Source of the DNA: Candidatus Poribacteria bacterium
Lineage (GTDB): Bacteria > Poribacteria > WGA-4E > WGA-3G
Direction: 5' to 3'
Assembly (NCBI GenBank): GCA_965242965.1
Contig: OZ251518.1
Span: 1,216,001 to 1,280,000 of the forward strand
Length of the DNA stretch: 64,000 nucleotides
Shown: piece by piece, positions 1 through 11,567 of the stretch
How positions within the stretch are numbered: the stretch's first letter is position 1
How the letters are laid out: the number at the start of each line of letters is the position of its first letter
Notes under the pieces: model-generated
What the model was told of the DNA's origin: nothing
Database searches by the model: none
The model's input: the letters and a program-made list of their open reading frames with translations, nothing else
Position numbers and translations under genes: made by a program

Positions 1-1
1 T

Positions 2-1165
2 AAGCCTATCATCCCTGTTATCGAGGGCGATGGCATCGGTAGAGACATCATGAAAGTCACCCGCCGCGTCGCCGATGCCGCTGTCCAAACCGCTTACAAC
101 GGTGAAAAACAACTCGTCTGGTTTGATGTCTACGCCGGTGAAAACGCCTTTGAAAAATACAACGAATGGCTGCCACAGGATACCTTCAACGCGATTGAAC
201 ACTTCCGCGTCGCTTTGAAAGGACCGTTGACGACACCTGTCGGCGGCGGCTTTCGCAGCTTAAATGTGACGCTAAGACAAGTGCTTGAACTTTACGCTTG
301 CGTCAGACCTGTTCGCTATTTTCAGGGGGTGCCCGCGCCTGTCACACATCCAGAAAAGATGGATGTTGTCATCTTCCGTGAGAATACCGAAGATGTCTAC
401 GCCGGCATTGAATGGGAGCAAGGCTCACCCGAAGCGCGAAAAGTCATCGAACTCCTCCGAACCGAGATGGGCGCGGAAATCCGCGAAGACTCCGGCGTTG
501 GCATCAAACCGATTAGCATTTTCGGCACGAAACGCTTGGCGAGGATGGCCATTCAATACGCGCTGGACCACGGCAGACGCACCGTCACCTTCGTCCACAA
601 GGGCAATATCATGAAGTTCACCGAAGGCGCGTTCTGTGCATGGGGGTATGAACTCGCTAAAGAGGAATTCGGTGATGTCACCCTCACCGAAGACGAACTC
701 TACAACGACTACGATGGAAACCTTCCCGAAGGCAAAATCCTCGTCAACGACCGGATTGCGGATAGCATGTTACAGCAGATTTTGACGCGCACCGATGAAT
801 ACGATGTCATCGTCACGCCGAATCTGAACGGTGACTATCTATCCGATGCAGCCGCAGCACAAGTAGGTGGCATCGGCATGGCACCGGGGGGCAATCTCAG
901 TGACGATGTCGCGCTATTTGAGGCGACACACGGCACAGCACCGAAATACGCAGACCAGGATGTCGTCAACCCAAGCTCGCTAATCCTCTCGGCGGTGATG
1001 ATGTTAGAGCATCTCGGCTGGCAAGAAGCCGCGGATTTAATCATCGCCGGATTGGAGAGAACCCTCCGCCAAAAACGGGTGACGTATGATCTCGAGCGAC
1101 TGATGGAAGGCGCAACAAAGGTGCGCACATCCGAATTCGGTGCCGCGATTATTGAGAATTTTTAG
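2..1165 (+). CDS. icd: NADP-dependent isocitrate dehydrogenase (5'-truncated by window edge)
   Basis: Frame open from position 2 ([13 protein letters not shown]); motifs [57 protein letters not shown]. Confidence 0.97.
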   Translation, partial: KPIIPVIEGDGIGRDIMKVTRRVADAAVQTAYNGEKQLVWFDVYAGENAFEKYNEWLPQDTFNAIEHFRVALKGPLTTPVGGGFRSLNVTLRQVLELYACVRPVRYFQGVPAPVTHPEKMDVVIFRENTEDVYAGIEWEQGSPEARKVIELLRTEMGAEIREDSGVGIKPISIFGTKRLARMAIQYALDHGRRTVTFVHKGNIMKFTEGAFCAWGYELAKEEFGDVTLTEDELYNDYDGNLPEGKILVNDRIADSMLQQILTRTDEYDVIVTPNLNGDYLSDAAAAQVGGIGMAPGGNLSDDVALFEATHGTAPKYADQDVVNPSSLILSAVMMLEHLGWQEAADLIIAGLERTLRQKRVTYDLERLMEGATKVRTSEFGAAIIENF

Positions 1166-2786
1166 GGATAGCATCCCCATCTGGTAGGCGCGATTTCAAA
1201 CCGCGCCTGCCGGATGTTAGAAAAACCAACCCGACAATAAACCAAAAAATCAACAACGAACGGTGATGTAGCACATTATCGGCGAGACCGTAAATCAGCG
1301 CGGAGATCAGAAATCCGCTCCCACCAATAAAAAGCCCCATTCCCCAAAAATCGTCCGCCTTCCGAAGCACGAATAACTGCCGCCAAATCATCACAAGCAG
1401 CCACACGAACACGAGAAGTGCCGGGATACCGTGCTCAACGGCGATGTGCAAATAGATGTTATGCGCATGATACGGGACGTTATACTGTTCTGGCGGGCCG
1501 TTCAGTTGGTATTCATAACGAAATCTGCCGAGTCCGATGCCCGTGAACGGGTATTGCCGAATGAGTTCAACTGAAGTCTGCCACCATTGTGGCCGTTCGC
1601 CCATGAACCCGGCGGGATGCTCCAGCAGCGTCTGGAAGCGTGCCTTGATATGACGCGGCATGAAAAATAGTGAGAGACAAAGCACTGCAACCGGGAAGAT
1701 GGCTAAAAATACGAGTTTGCGCGTTTGAAAATCGCGTCTTCGGAAAAGCATGTCCGCGACGTAATAGGCACCGATGCAAGTTGTCGCAACGGCAACGCTC
1801 ACCCACGCAGCGCGCGTGAGCGTCAACGCCAAATTCGCGCACATCAGAACCAAGACAGCGCAAAGCGCGAAGCGAACCCAAAGCGACTGGGACAAATGTG
1901 CGCGGAGACTGGCAACAAAATAGCCAAACGTGAACGGGATAAGGAGCGCGAGATATGCACCCAAGTCATTCGGCATTTTGAACGTCCCCGTGAGGCGTGG
2001 TTCTATCATGTAAACCATCAGACGCGCTTCGCTTTTGCGAATGACGTAGCGTCTTTCGCGCGCCGCATCCTCAATGCGCCACTCGTCAGCCACTTTTGCT
2101 GGCGCGAACGCTGCACTCGGTGAAAGCGGAATGTTGTGCTTCCGCAATTCGACCCGCAGTTTCTCCGAAATCTGATGCGCACTCTCCCCCCGGTCTCGCT
2201 GCCTCTCGGTAGGAGAGACCTCCTGGTCTCGATGCCCCCTGTCTCGATGCCCCTCGGTAGGAGAGCCCTCCCGGTCTCGATGCCCCTGGTCTCGACGGAT
2301 AGACACCTCCCCATCCCGATGAAGCTCCTCCTGATACACCAACGGCATTTGCCCCATGAAATCCATCGCTAACCGTTCGTCATTCACGTAATACCAGAGC
2401 CCCAGCGCGCAAGAAATCCCGCCAGCGAAGATGAACGCAACGACAACGTGCCGCCACCGATGTCCGAGACAACTGTGGATAACGGCATAGAAGAGGAGGA
2501 CTGCCCGGAGCCATTTCCAAAAATAGCCGAGGCTACTGGTAGCAGGATGCGGTGCGAAGAACGATGCAACCAGTGCTAATCCTAAAAAGAGCGCGAACCC
2601 CAGGTCCAGCGCGGTATAGTGCCAGCCCAATTTCCCTTCTGCAATCATTCTGCCTATCCACCCCACGAACACCAACGCCATCGCCATGTTCAGGAATACC
2701 GTTGAATACCCAAATGGAAGCGATAGGACAAAGATGAGAAACCCGATGTAGATAGCGGTGTCAAAGATTTTCGGCGTGTGCAGCAT
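1149..2786 (-). CDS. O-antigen ligase (Wzy_C) family membrane protein with in-frame REP-derived insertion
   Basis: Many hydrophobic segments; motifs [44 protein letters not shown]. Confidence 0.85.
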   Translation of the reverse strand: MLHTPKIFDTAIYIGFLIFVLSLPFGYSTVFLNMAMALVFVGWIGRMIAEGKLGWHYTALDLGFALFLGLALVASFFAPHPATSSLGYFWKWLRAVLLFYAVIHSCLGHRWRHVVVAFIFAGGISCALGLWYYVNDERLAMDFMGQMPLVYQEELHRDGEVSIRRDQGHRDREGSPTEGHRDRGHRDQEVSPTERQRDRGESAHQISEKLRVELRKHNIPLSPSAAFAPAKVADEWRIEDAARERRYVIRKSEARLMVYMIEPRLTGTFKMPNDLGAYLALLIPFTFGYFVASLRAHLSQSLWVRFALCAVLVLMCANLALTLTRAAWVSVAVATTCIGAYYVADMLFRRRDFQTRKLVFLAIFPVAVLCLSLFFMPRHIKARFQTLLEHPAGFMGERPQWWQTSVELIRQYPFTGIGLGRFRYEYQLNGPPEQYNVPYHAHNIYLHIAVEHGIPALLVFVWLLVMIWRQLFVLRKADDFWGMGLFIGGSGFLISALIYGLADNVLHHRSLLIFWFIVGLVFLTSGRRGLKSRLPDGDAIPKNSQ

Positions 2787-2882
2787 GTTGGGAAGTATGC
2801 CTTAAACGATGTTGGATGTCAAGAGAAAAACTGCAAACCGTATCTGCTAATGCAGGCAGGAGAATCCATCAGCACTTTTTTC

Positions 2883-2911
2883 TTGCACATTCTGACGTGA
2901 AATTGTATAAT
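2883..2911 (+). promoter_or_regulatory. sigma70-type promoter, probably giving a leaderless mRNA
   Basis: TTGCAC-17 nt-TATAAT; ATG at 2918 lies 7 nt after the -10 box, with no Shine-Dalgarno. Confidence 0.6.
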
Positions 2912-2917
2912 ATGTAT

Positions 2918-5517
2918 ATGAAATTGCTATCTCTTTTTATCATCATGTGCTTAATTGCTTGCGCCGCCGTTGCAAACGCGCTGCCGCCCGATGCAGAACT
3001 GCAAAACGCCATTCAAACTGTGCGGCAGTTCACCCAACTCAAACCGCGCTATACGGCCAATGAGATAACTGAATGCGCAACCGATAGTTTCGTCACACTC
3101 GCAAAGAATTGGCAGAACGTGCCTTCGGTGCATCGACAGGAACTGAAAGGGATGTTCCTGCGGCCCGGGCTCCCCGGCAGTCTCTTTGGCGATATGGTGC
3201 TTCCCGAACAGTTCAACACGCCGCACTTCCGACTCCACTATACGCGCGTCGGCCCGCAGGCACCGCCGCTTGAAGATTTCCACCCGCGCAACGGTGTCCC
3301 CGATTATGTCGACATCTGCGCCGATGCAATGGAACGTTCATATCACATCCAACTCGATCTGATGGGGTTTAAGAAACCTTACATCGATTTTTGGGCGATG
3401 GAGAACGGCGGCAATCACAAGTTTGATGTTTATCTCTTTACCTTTCCCGCCCTCGGCATTACCACTGCCGACTGGTTTGAGGGACGCGTCCTTTCCACGG
3501 CACTCACGGTGGCACCCTATTTCATGATCAACTCGCGCATCTACGATTATGTCGGGAAATCTGAAGGAAAACGCTATATTGAGACTACCTGCGCGCACGA
3601 ATTCCTACACGGCATCCAGTTCGCCTATAACGCATACATGCCGACGTGGTTCATGGAGGCATCGGCGACGTGGATAGAAATCATGACTTACGATGGCGGC
3701 AGAATTGACGATGGCGATGACATCCCAGACCCGGATGAACCCAACGAAACCGACTCGTATAACTACTACATCCACCAACTGCGCCGATGGTTCTTGCATC
3801 CCGACATCGCACTTGATAGCCGCATCGGAGACCGGGAATACGGCTCGGTTATCTGGACGCTGTATATGACAGAACGGTTCGGATACGACATTGTCCGCGA
3901 ACTTTACCGCAACACTACCGATGGCAGTTACCGCGAAATGGGCAACTTCTACGATGTCTTCACCGACCGGGGCACCACTCTCGCTGAGGCATTCAAGACG
4001 TTCACGGTGTGGAATTATTTCACCTACGATAGGGCGGGGCTCCAAACAGACGCGCAGGGTTACACAAACGCGCATCGCTTCCCGCCGGTCGCGATACATC
4101 CCAACGATGTCCACGCTGCTTATCCGGTCCGCACCGATTTTGACTCGGAATCGATGCCGGAACATTTCGCTGCGCGTTATATCGTGTTTCGTCCCGCGGG
4201 GATTCTGCCTGAATTCGCCGTGAAAATTGATGGCGCAGATTTGGCACCTATAGACATGCGTTCCCTCACGCGCGACGATGCAGAGGACATTCAAGACGAA
4301 CTCAATCGGCACACCTTCACCGGCTTGCGCGGATGGGCGGCGAAATTCATCGTCAGGAAACGGAACGGGACAACAGAAGTCCGCGAGGCGTTCACCTATC
4401 AGCGTTCACAAGAGGCGCAGATGACGTTCAAGGACTTCGGCGGGGACATTCAGGAAATAACGTTGGTGCTTATCAATATGCACCCCGATGTTGAGCAGGT
4501 TATCGTGCCGGGCGGCACTTTTGGCGGTTCGGTGAGTTATATGGCGGGCCCGCCACCGATAGGCAAACTTGCAAACACCCAAGTCTCTCAAGGAGGTGGC
4601 GGTGCCGTCGTGGCATGGAGTGTCGATAATCCTGCCGGCATTCAGGAAGTCGCAATTGTGCGCAAACGCTACACGCTGGAAAGCGAAACCGATGTCCCAC
4701 AACCTTTCCAAAACGCCGCTGAAGTGCTTGCCGCCGCCGACAGAAACGGTGACAGCATCGCCGAAGACGACATCACCATCGTCGGGCGCGTGCCGATAAC
4801 GCAAACCCGATTTGAGGATACCACCGTATTTCAAGATGTTGATGTCACGAGCGAGTTTTTCGATGCAAACGCTGTTCACTACTTCTATGCCGTTGTCCCG
4901 GTTGACGCGCTGGGCATTATGGGCACGCCGAGTCTCACGCCGAATAGCATCACACCTGCCTTTGATGCAGGGAATGCGGCACCCGCCTTTTTTATTGAGA
5001 CGCAGCCGCGCGGCACCGGCGTGTGGCACGTTGCGGTGCGCAGCACGCACGAACTGCAAAACACGCCAACCTTGGACGTGGAAAATCCCAACGGACAAAG
5101 GCATCCCATCTTTTTAACACGAGAAACGCCCATGAAATGGGTGGGAACGCTGACAACAGATGGATTTCCGCCGAACGGCACTTATCTCTATCAGATTCGC
5201 GGTGAAACGGCGGCGGGTGTATCAGGTTTCCGAATTTGGCAAGGACGAACCTTCAACTATGTCGCCAAGAACACGGAGCGAAACGTCACCGTCGCACCGA
5301 ATCCCCTCTATGCGGGACAGAGTGGACACCTTCAGTTTTATCCGCGCGGCTTAACCGTCGAAATCTATGACGCGCAAGGCACTTTAATCAAGGTGCTGCA
5401 TCGCAATGGGATTGCACCAATCAACGCGGCGAAATGGTGTGCGCGGGGCTCTATTTCTTCCGCGCAACCGATGGAAACGGGTTTGTCAAAACGGGCAAAT
5501 TTTGCATTGTGAAATGA
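2918..5517 (+). CDS. Secreted MXAN_6640-like zinc metalloprotease with C-terminal FlgD-Ig-like domain; frameshift near 5395-5400
   Basis: Signal peptide MKLLSLFII..ANA; motifs NGVPDYV, AHEFLHGIQFAY, WFMEASATW. The tail VAPNP...EIYDAQG continues as WDCTNQRGEMVCAGLYFF...KTGKFCIVK* only in a shifted frame (stop 5515-5517). Confidence 0.7.
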
Positions 5518-5521
5518 GTTT

Positions 5522-6345
5522 ATGAAAAACAAGTTTTATCTTCTCTCTCTTTCCTCATTTTCATCGGGTGCGGAGACGACGGCCTCGTCAAGCCCCATGG
5601 CGAAACGACGCTGCCGCCACCCGATACAACGGGGCTCCACGCCATCGATTTCCCCACAGATACCGGTTCCGCGTGGACATACGTCAACGTTGACACGAAT
5701 CAGGAATTCACCGTGCGTATTGAAGGCACACGGGATATCAGCGGCACAACGCATCGGCAGATGTCCGTGGGCAGAATCAGTCCAGTTGCAGAGGACGCGC
5801 TTGACAGGGAGGCACTCGACCATTTATCGGCGAACGCCTTCTATTTTCGCGTGCCGTCAGAAACCGATTTTTTTGACGGTTTCCCGTTCCCTGTCTCTGC
5901 AACCTACTTTTACAAAACGCCGCAAGCGTTGATAGAATCGGCGTTTGACGCTTACATATTCCCTTGGAGCAATCCCATCTATCATCAGAAGCATGCACCG
6001 CCCCGCCGCGTCTGGGATTTTCCGCTCAAAATCGGAAAAGAGTGGACGGTATTTGAAAAGACAAGCGGCAATCCGGTCGCGGTGACGCGCTATGTCGTAG
6101 ATAGAGATGTTCGGATAACCGTGCCCGCCGGCAGTTATCAAACTTATCTCGTCCAAGAAGAGGTTGTCTTCGGCGATAGTAGTGATGCCTTGACTCGGTT
6201 CATCAGCCCGCCAGCAGCGTATTGGATCGCGCCCGAGGTCGGCATTGTCCAATATCGCTACAGCCGTTATCGCGCCACGGATGCGCTAGTCACGCAGACC
6301 TTTGCGCTGAAGAGTGTCCATCTCCCGGGTCCGAACACGGATTGA
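5522..6345 (+). pseudogene. Putative lipoprotein, frameshifted in a (CT)4 tract in the signal peptide
   Basis: ATG at 5522 (MKNKFYLL) is out of frame with FLIFIG|C GDD (lipobox), which is continuous with ORF 5713..6345. Removing one CT at 5543-5550 restores the frame. Confidence 0.65.
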
Positions 6346-6346
6346 A

Positions 6347-7606
6347 ATGAAACATCTTGCGCATCGAAACATCCCGATTACCATCATCGGCGGCGGCATC
6401 CACGGTGTATCCATCGCGCTGCGGCTCCTGCGCGAAATGCCCACGACAGCACTCGCTGTCATCGATAGGCATCCGTGGCCTCTCACGGCGTGGCGGCGCA
6501 AAACCGAACGCCAAGGCATGAAGTTCCTCCGTTCCCCTGCAGTGCATCATATCACTCCCGATGCGCTAGGTATCGTTGAATACGCCGAACGCCACAATCG
6601 CACCGATGAGTTGGCACCGCCGTATTCGCAACCGTCAACGCAACTTTTTTGGGAGTATTGTTGTAATGGGTTGAAGGAAATCGCCAAACATCTGAACTAT
6701 TATCAATTTAATGTGGCGAAATTGCGGTGGGACAAAGGGGCAGGGAAATATCCGTTTCGTCTGATTTCAACGGAGAATGTTGGGTTCCGGAGCAGCCATG
6801 TTATCCTCGCCATCGGGGCTGATGATTGCTATTATGTGCCACCGGCATTTGTGCCCTGGCAACAGCGATGGCCAGAGAGAATTGTGCACGCGGCGCAGTT
6901 TTCGGTGAGCCCAGACAAGAGCGAGGGACAGGTTTTAACCGCGCTACCGACTGAGAAACAGAAGATTGCTATTGTCGGTGGGGGATTGACAGCCGGCACG
7001 CTGGCGAGGTGCCTCAGCGAACGTGGACACGAAGTCGTGTTAATTGCGCGAAAACAACTGAAAACGGAACAGTTCGATTTTCCACCGATATGGCTGGGAC
7101 CGAAAGCACTCGCTGAATTTGCAAGCGAACCAGACTTTCAGCAACGATATGAAACGGTTCAACAAGTCAGGCGTGAAGGAAGCATCACGCCGGATGTTGC
7201 CGAGGCACTCAAGGATGCGCCGCGCATCACTATCCATACCGACACTTGTATCCGCAACATCACGGAAGAGCCCGGGCAAATGCTACGTCTACACCTTGAA
7301 GGTTCAGGCAGATTTCAAAAGCGCGAGGATACCGTCGTCAACGTTGCTGGCGTTATCCTCGCGACCGGGTATCGATTTAACCTCCGGCGGTATCCCTTTT
7401 TGGCGGAATTGATTGCGCAGCATGAGGTGCCGCTTGTGTGCGGATTACCGAAACTTGATGAAAATTTGCAACTGTCGCCTGTCGCTAATCTGTTTGGGAC
7501 AGGCTCTATTGCACAGTTGCAACTAGGGCCGGCGGCGGGTAATATCGCCGGCGCAAGTTTGGCGTATGAACGCCTTCGCGAGAAGATTTTGCCGCAATTC
7601 GTCTGA
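6347..7606 (+). CDS. FAD/NAD(P)-binding oxidoreductase (lysine N6-hydroxylase-like / FAD-NAD binding family)
   Basis: Two Rossmann motifs (IIGGGIHG, IVGGGLTA), FLRSP, ILATGY, GPAAGNI. Confidence 0.8.
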   Translation: MKHLAHRNIPITIIGGGIHGVSIALRLLREMPTTALAVIDRHPWPLTAWRRKTERQGMKFLRSPAVHHITPDALGIVEYAERHNRTDELAPPYSQPSTQLFWEYCCNGLKEIAKHLNYYQFNVAKLRWDKGAGKYPFRLISTENVGFRSSHVILAIGADDCYYVPPAFVPWQQRWPERIVHAAQFSVSPDKSEGQVLTALPTEKQKIAIVGGGLTAGTLARCLSERGHEVVLIARKQLKTEQFDFPPIWLGPKALAEFASEPDFQQRYETVQQVRREGSITPDVAEALKDAPRITIHTDTCIRNITEEPGQMLRLHLEGSGRFQKREDTVVNVAGVILATGYRFNLRRYPFLAELIAQHEVPLVCGLPKLDENLQLSPVANLFGTGSIAQLQLGPAAGNIAGASLAYERLREKILPQFV

Positions 7607-7790
7607 ATCTTGTGAGGGTGTTTCATAAATCGCCCAACATCGCGGGGGACAGGCCCCCGAGCTACGGTGAAAAATGGGGAATTGCCGGTGGGCCCCTATC
7701 ACAATGCCCTCTTGGTAGGAGAGACCTCCCGGTCTCGATGCGTTTTGTTGATGTGCCTATCGGGACAAGGATGTCCCTCCTACCGGAACA

Positions 7791-8402
7791 TCACTTGCAT
7801 TGAGACTGCGATACCATGCTCGCGAGGATGCCGAGGATTTTATCACACTGCCGAATCGGGTAGAGCTCCATATCAATGTGCAGACACCTCTCCGCCAATT
7901 TGAGGAATTTCCAATCTATGCCTGTTGTTGAGCAGCCATAAACCGATGAAATCTCATTCCCTTTTTCCGCGTTAAAGCGTTGGGCGGCAATCATTTCTGC
8001 AGCACACTGCCCAAGTCCAAGCGTGAGATCATCCTTCTTCGCTTCAACCAAAGCGATAACAGGGGCCTGCAACAAATGCTGGACAGGCGACAGGCTAACC
8101 AAAAAATCGCATACCCCAGTCAATTCGCTATCCGCATCAACGCTGAAGTCAATCCCCGAAAAAAGGCTGATGCGCCGGCCTGTTTGCTCTCGGAACTCAA
8201 CCAGAACCGGTGCCACTATCAATTCAGACTTCGCCTTTTCTGTGTTAATTGCACTCGCTAACTGCACATTTCTCGCCAAATCTGCAGTGAAATGAGGCCG
8301 CAATGCCACCGGTTCTATTTCAGCGAAAAGGTTCGCAGACTCGGTGATTTCCAACTGGAACCTTGTCACTACAGTCTCCAAGGTAAAGTGAGGGTATTTC
8401 AT
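7791..8402 (-). CDS. Hypothetical protein with PD-(D/E)xK restriction-endonuclease-like fold
   Basis: TEKAKSELIVAPVL...GVCDF...LVEAKK...GLGQCAAEMIAAQ...YGCSTTGIDWKF resembles a widespread nuclease-like family. Confidence 0.6.
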   Translation of the reverse strand: MKYPHFTLETVVTRFQLEITESANLFAEIEPVALRPHFTADLARNVQLASAINTEKAKSELIVAPVLVEFREQTGRRISLFSGIDFSVDADSELTGVCDFLVSLSPVQHLLQAPVIALVEAKKDDLTLGLGQCAAEMIAAQRFNAEKGNEISSVYGCSTTGIDWKFLKLAERCLHIDMELYPIRQCDKILGILASMVSQSQCK

Positions 8403-8767
8403 AACTCGTTGTTATCAAAATGGTTTCGTGATACCCCGAACGCTTCCGTTTCCCCGTTAGGAGAGACCTCCCGCTCTCGATTTTTGCTTCCTAGTTTTGA
8501 TGTGGTTCCTATCGGGACAGGGATGTCCCGCCCCAGGAAAACATCAAGATACCCGTTGTCGTTTGCAAGCGTCTGACACAAACAGGGCAGGCGCAGGCGC
8601 GCCTGAACTACAGACAGCGCGTACCCGAATAGGTCAAGAGAAGGCACGCCTTACCTCATCGAGACCAGGAGGTTTCTCCTACCGTGGGCAATCGGGACAA
8701 GGATGTCCCTCCTACCCAGAAGGCAATCGAGACCGGGAGGTCTCTCCTACCGGCCCCGACTTAACGA

Positions 8768-9658
8768 CTAGCGCGTGAGTGCATACGCGACGACGTTTAT
8801 GCCCTGCCTGAATGCCCAATTCCGTTGTTCGTCGCCGCCGGGACTGCACGGCCGCCCTTCCCACGCACAGTTGAGATCGCTTGGACAAAAGTAGACCATC
8901 ACCCGGTCTCCGTCCATGATGGCCTCGTCCGCGTCGCAGACTCCGGGGATGAGTTTATCGCCGCCCATGTATTCGTCATGTTCGTAGAGCGTGTGATAAA
9001 TCGGATGGTCCATCTCCAATTTCTCAAACTGCTTTTCCGGGTAGACTTGGCGCATCATCTCGATGACATCCGGTCGCAAACCGCCTCTGCCGCCATTAAG
9101 ACGCGCGTCGCAATCCTCAACGTGCAGGAAACCGCCGCGTTCAAGATACTCGCGAAGTTTTCGCGCCTGCTCCTCTGACAGCCGGATACCCCTGTGCCCC
9201 GTCATAAAGAGATAGGGATAGGCGAAGAGCCCGGCATCGTCAATGTCTACGTATTGCGGATGTTCGCGCACCTCCACGTTAATTGAGGTATTCAAGGCGA
9301 GCACCTCTGCGAACTTCTTATCGGACTGCCAGTGGTAATAATTGACGATGTTCGTCCACCAATCGCTTTCGCGGTATCTGCGATTGCCGCCGGGGTACTT
9401 GAGGCGAACGAAGGTGAACTTCTCCCCAGTCGGATTCATCTCTGGGTAGTGGTGCTCAATGATACCGTAACGGCCGAGGTATCTGTCGCCGCCGGCATCG
9501 TAATAGAGCTCCCCGCGGTAACCGAACTGCGCCGCCGCAGTCTGGATTAAACTTCCGCCTGCGATAGCAGAAGCGGCGAGCCCAGCGGCACCTTTGATAA
9601 ACGAACGCCTTGTGAGGGGTTCCGTCTTCTCTTCAATGGGATTTGGGTTAATTAACAT
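8768..9658 (-). CDS. DUF4159 domain protein with Tat signal peptide
   Basis: TRRSFIK twin-arginine motif; FTFVRLKY, YPYLFMTGH, LREYLERGGFL, GINVVAYALT. Confidence 0.8.
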   Translation of the reverse strand: MLINPNPIEEKTEPLTRRSFIKGAAGLAASAIAGGSLIQTAAAQFGYRGELYYDAGGDRYLGRYGIIEHHYPEMNPTGEKFTFVRLKYPGGNRRYRESDWWTNIVNYYHWQSDKKFAEVLALNTSINVEVREHPQYVDIDDAGLFAYPYLFMTGHRGIRLSEEQARKLREYLERGGFLHVEDCDARLNGGRGGLRPDVIEMMRQVYPEKQFEKLEMDHPIYHTLYEHDEYMGGDKLIPGVCDADEAIMDGDRVMVYFCPSDLNCAWEGRPCSPGGDEQRNWAFRQGINVVAYALTR

Positions 9659-9775
9659 TGCCTTTTCCTCCTATCTAATACGGATTTCCGAGAGTCTGGC
9701 AGCATCGAGACCAGGAGGTCTCTCCTACCAAGAGGGCATCGAGACAAGGAGGTCTCTCCTGCCTTTTCCTCCTAT

Positions 9776-11371
9776 CTAATACGGATTTCCGAGGAGCTCA
9801 AACGTAACGCTTTGCGCTGCTGCCCCTTGCAACCGTTCGGAAGCGCGGTTGCTTGCAATTGCGCGGATGCGGTGGTTCGCGATGCCGAGGTCGCGGAGGA
9901 ACTGCGCCGCCGCTGTTGCGCGCTGCACCGCCAACCTCTGATTTGCACCCGGGTCTCCTTCTTGCCGCGTATGTCCAACAACGCGCAGATAATACTGAGG
10001 GAACGACTTCAGATCGGCGGCGAGTTGTCGCAAGGCGCGTTCGCTGTTCCGAAGAATTCGCGCATTTCCCCTCCCGAATTGGATCGGTTCAATCTTCATC
10101 GCCGCGACAGGCGCGAGCGTATCCCAATTCGCATCTGACAACGGATTCAACGCTTTCTCTGCGCGCACCTCTTCCGATACCGGTGTGCTGCCGATGACAA
10201 TATCGTCTAAACCGCCGCCTTTTGATGTCAAAACACCGGGATGGAAATTATCGTGGTGTAGCGAGCGCAAAATCCCTTCATAGTAAAGCGAATCGTAATT
10301 GCCGGCAACCGGGTCTGCGGCGATAGAATCGGTGCTGACTAGCACCTGCATAATCTTCGCTATCATCGCTTCGAGCCGGTCCGTGCCTTTCGCCGCCTGC
10401 CCGGAAATCACGCCGAAATGCGCGTAGTTCTCCATCGTGTTCCGCCACGCAATCCCCTCAACGAGTTTGAGCGTCTCAGTCCGATTCAGCGCATCGCCAT
10501 ACTGCTTGGCATCCGCCTCAATTAGGGAGACTAATCCATCACTTTGGTTATGATAATCGTAGTTTGCCCGCAGATACGCCTGCACGACATGCGTGACGAG
10601 TTCGGCGTTCGCGCTCAAAAATTCGCGCTGAACGACCAGCACATCAACGATGTAGCCTTTCAGTTTGGAACTATCCAGCAGCAAATGCACGCCATCGATG
10701 GCGAGTGCCTTCGTCACGTAAGGTTCCCAAACGACGTAAGCGTGCGGCTCATCCGGATCGGCGGATTTGAGTTTCTTATAGACTGCCTCTGCACCGTTTG
10801 CCTCCACTGCCCAATCTGTCGGGAGACTCGGCAGACTCATCTTGTTTATCATGATGCGTGCCAGCGTCTCACTCGGTGAATCCGGCGTGATGACGATGCG
10901 CGCCTGCGGGTGGCTCAAACTCGGAATCTGTGGGACTCCGCGCTGATACGCGACAATCGCATCCGCGCCTTTGGACTCATCAATCACGAGGACAATTGAA
11001 CCCGGGAACTCGCCGAGGATACTCCCCGCCTTGAGGTAAGCATCAATAGTAAACACTGCCATCTGATGCTTGCCGCTTTTCAGCCCGCGCATTCTCCCCA
11101 CATAATCCGCTTTATCGTCAACAAAGGTGAGTTTTATCCCGTGCCGGTCCAACAGATTTTTCACGGCTGGCGAACGAAGAATCGCATACCCTGGAAACGA
11201 GTCGTGCGCCACTTTCATCTCGTGCGCGTAACGCTGCGTGCTCGTCTCCTTGACGAGGTTGCCGCGCAGCCGCGGCTCAACCACGAACTTATAGACGAGC
11301 CCGATTATCCCAATAATAATCAGCCAACTCGCCACCATGATGATTTTGCTCTTTTTCGCAGCAGCATCCAT
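9776..11371 (-). CDS. Membrane-anchored substrate-binding (NMT1-like) + OmpA-family domain fusion
   Basis: N-terminal TM; IDESKGADAIVA, WEPYV and IVDVLVV fit a periplasmic binding protein; C-terminal IQFGRG..VVGHT..NQRLAVQRA is OmpA-like. Confidence 0.75.
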   Translation of the reverse strand: MDAAAKKSKIIMVASWLIIIGIIGLVYKFVVEPRLRGNLVKETSTQRYAHEMKVAHDSFPGYAILRSPAVKNLLDRHGIKLTFVDDKADYVGRMRGLKSGKHQMAVFTIDAYLKAGSILGEFPGSIVLVIDESKGADAIVAYQRGVPQIPSLSHPQARIVITPDSPSETLARIMINKMSLPSLPTDWAVEANGAEAVYKKLKSADPDEPHAYVVWEPYVTKALAIDGVHLLLDSSKLKGYIVDVLVVQREFLSANAELVTHVVQAYLRANYDYHNQSDGLVSLIEADAKQYGDALNRTETLKLVEGIAWRNTMENYAHFGVISGQAAKGTDRLEAMIAKIMQVLVSTDSIAADPVAGNYDSLYYEGILRSLHHDNFHPGVLTSKGGGLDDIVIGSTPVSEEVRAEKALNPLSDANWDTLAPVAAMKIEPIQFGRGNARILRNSERALRQLAADLKSFPQYYLRVVGHTRQEGDPGANQRLAVQRATAAAQFLRDLGIANHRIRAIASNRASERLQGAAAQSVTFELLGNPY

Positions 11372-11567
11372 GTCTTATCCCTCAGAACGATTTCGGTTTC
11401 CTCGGCACTGTGAACGACAAACAAATATAGGTTCTTGGTAGGAGAGACCTCCCGGTCTCGATTCCCCCCGGTAGGAGAGACCTCCCGGTCTCGATGCAAT
11501 TCCTGTCCTGACAAGCGTCTGCCAGCGCAAACTACAGAAACTGCATCGAGACTCCCTGCAAGGCAGC

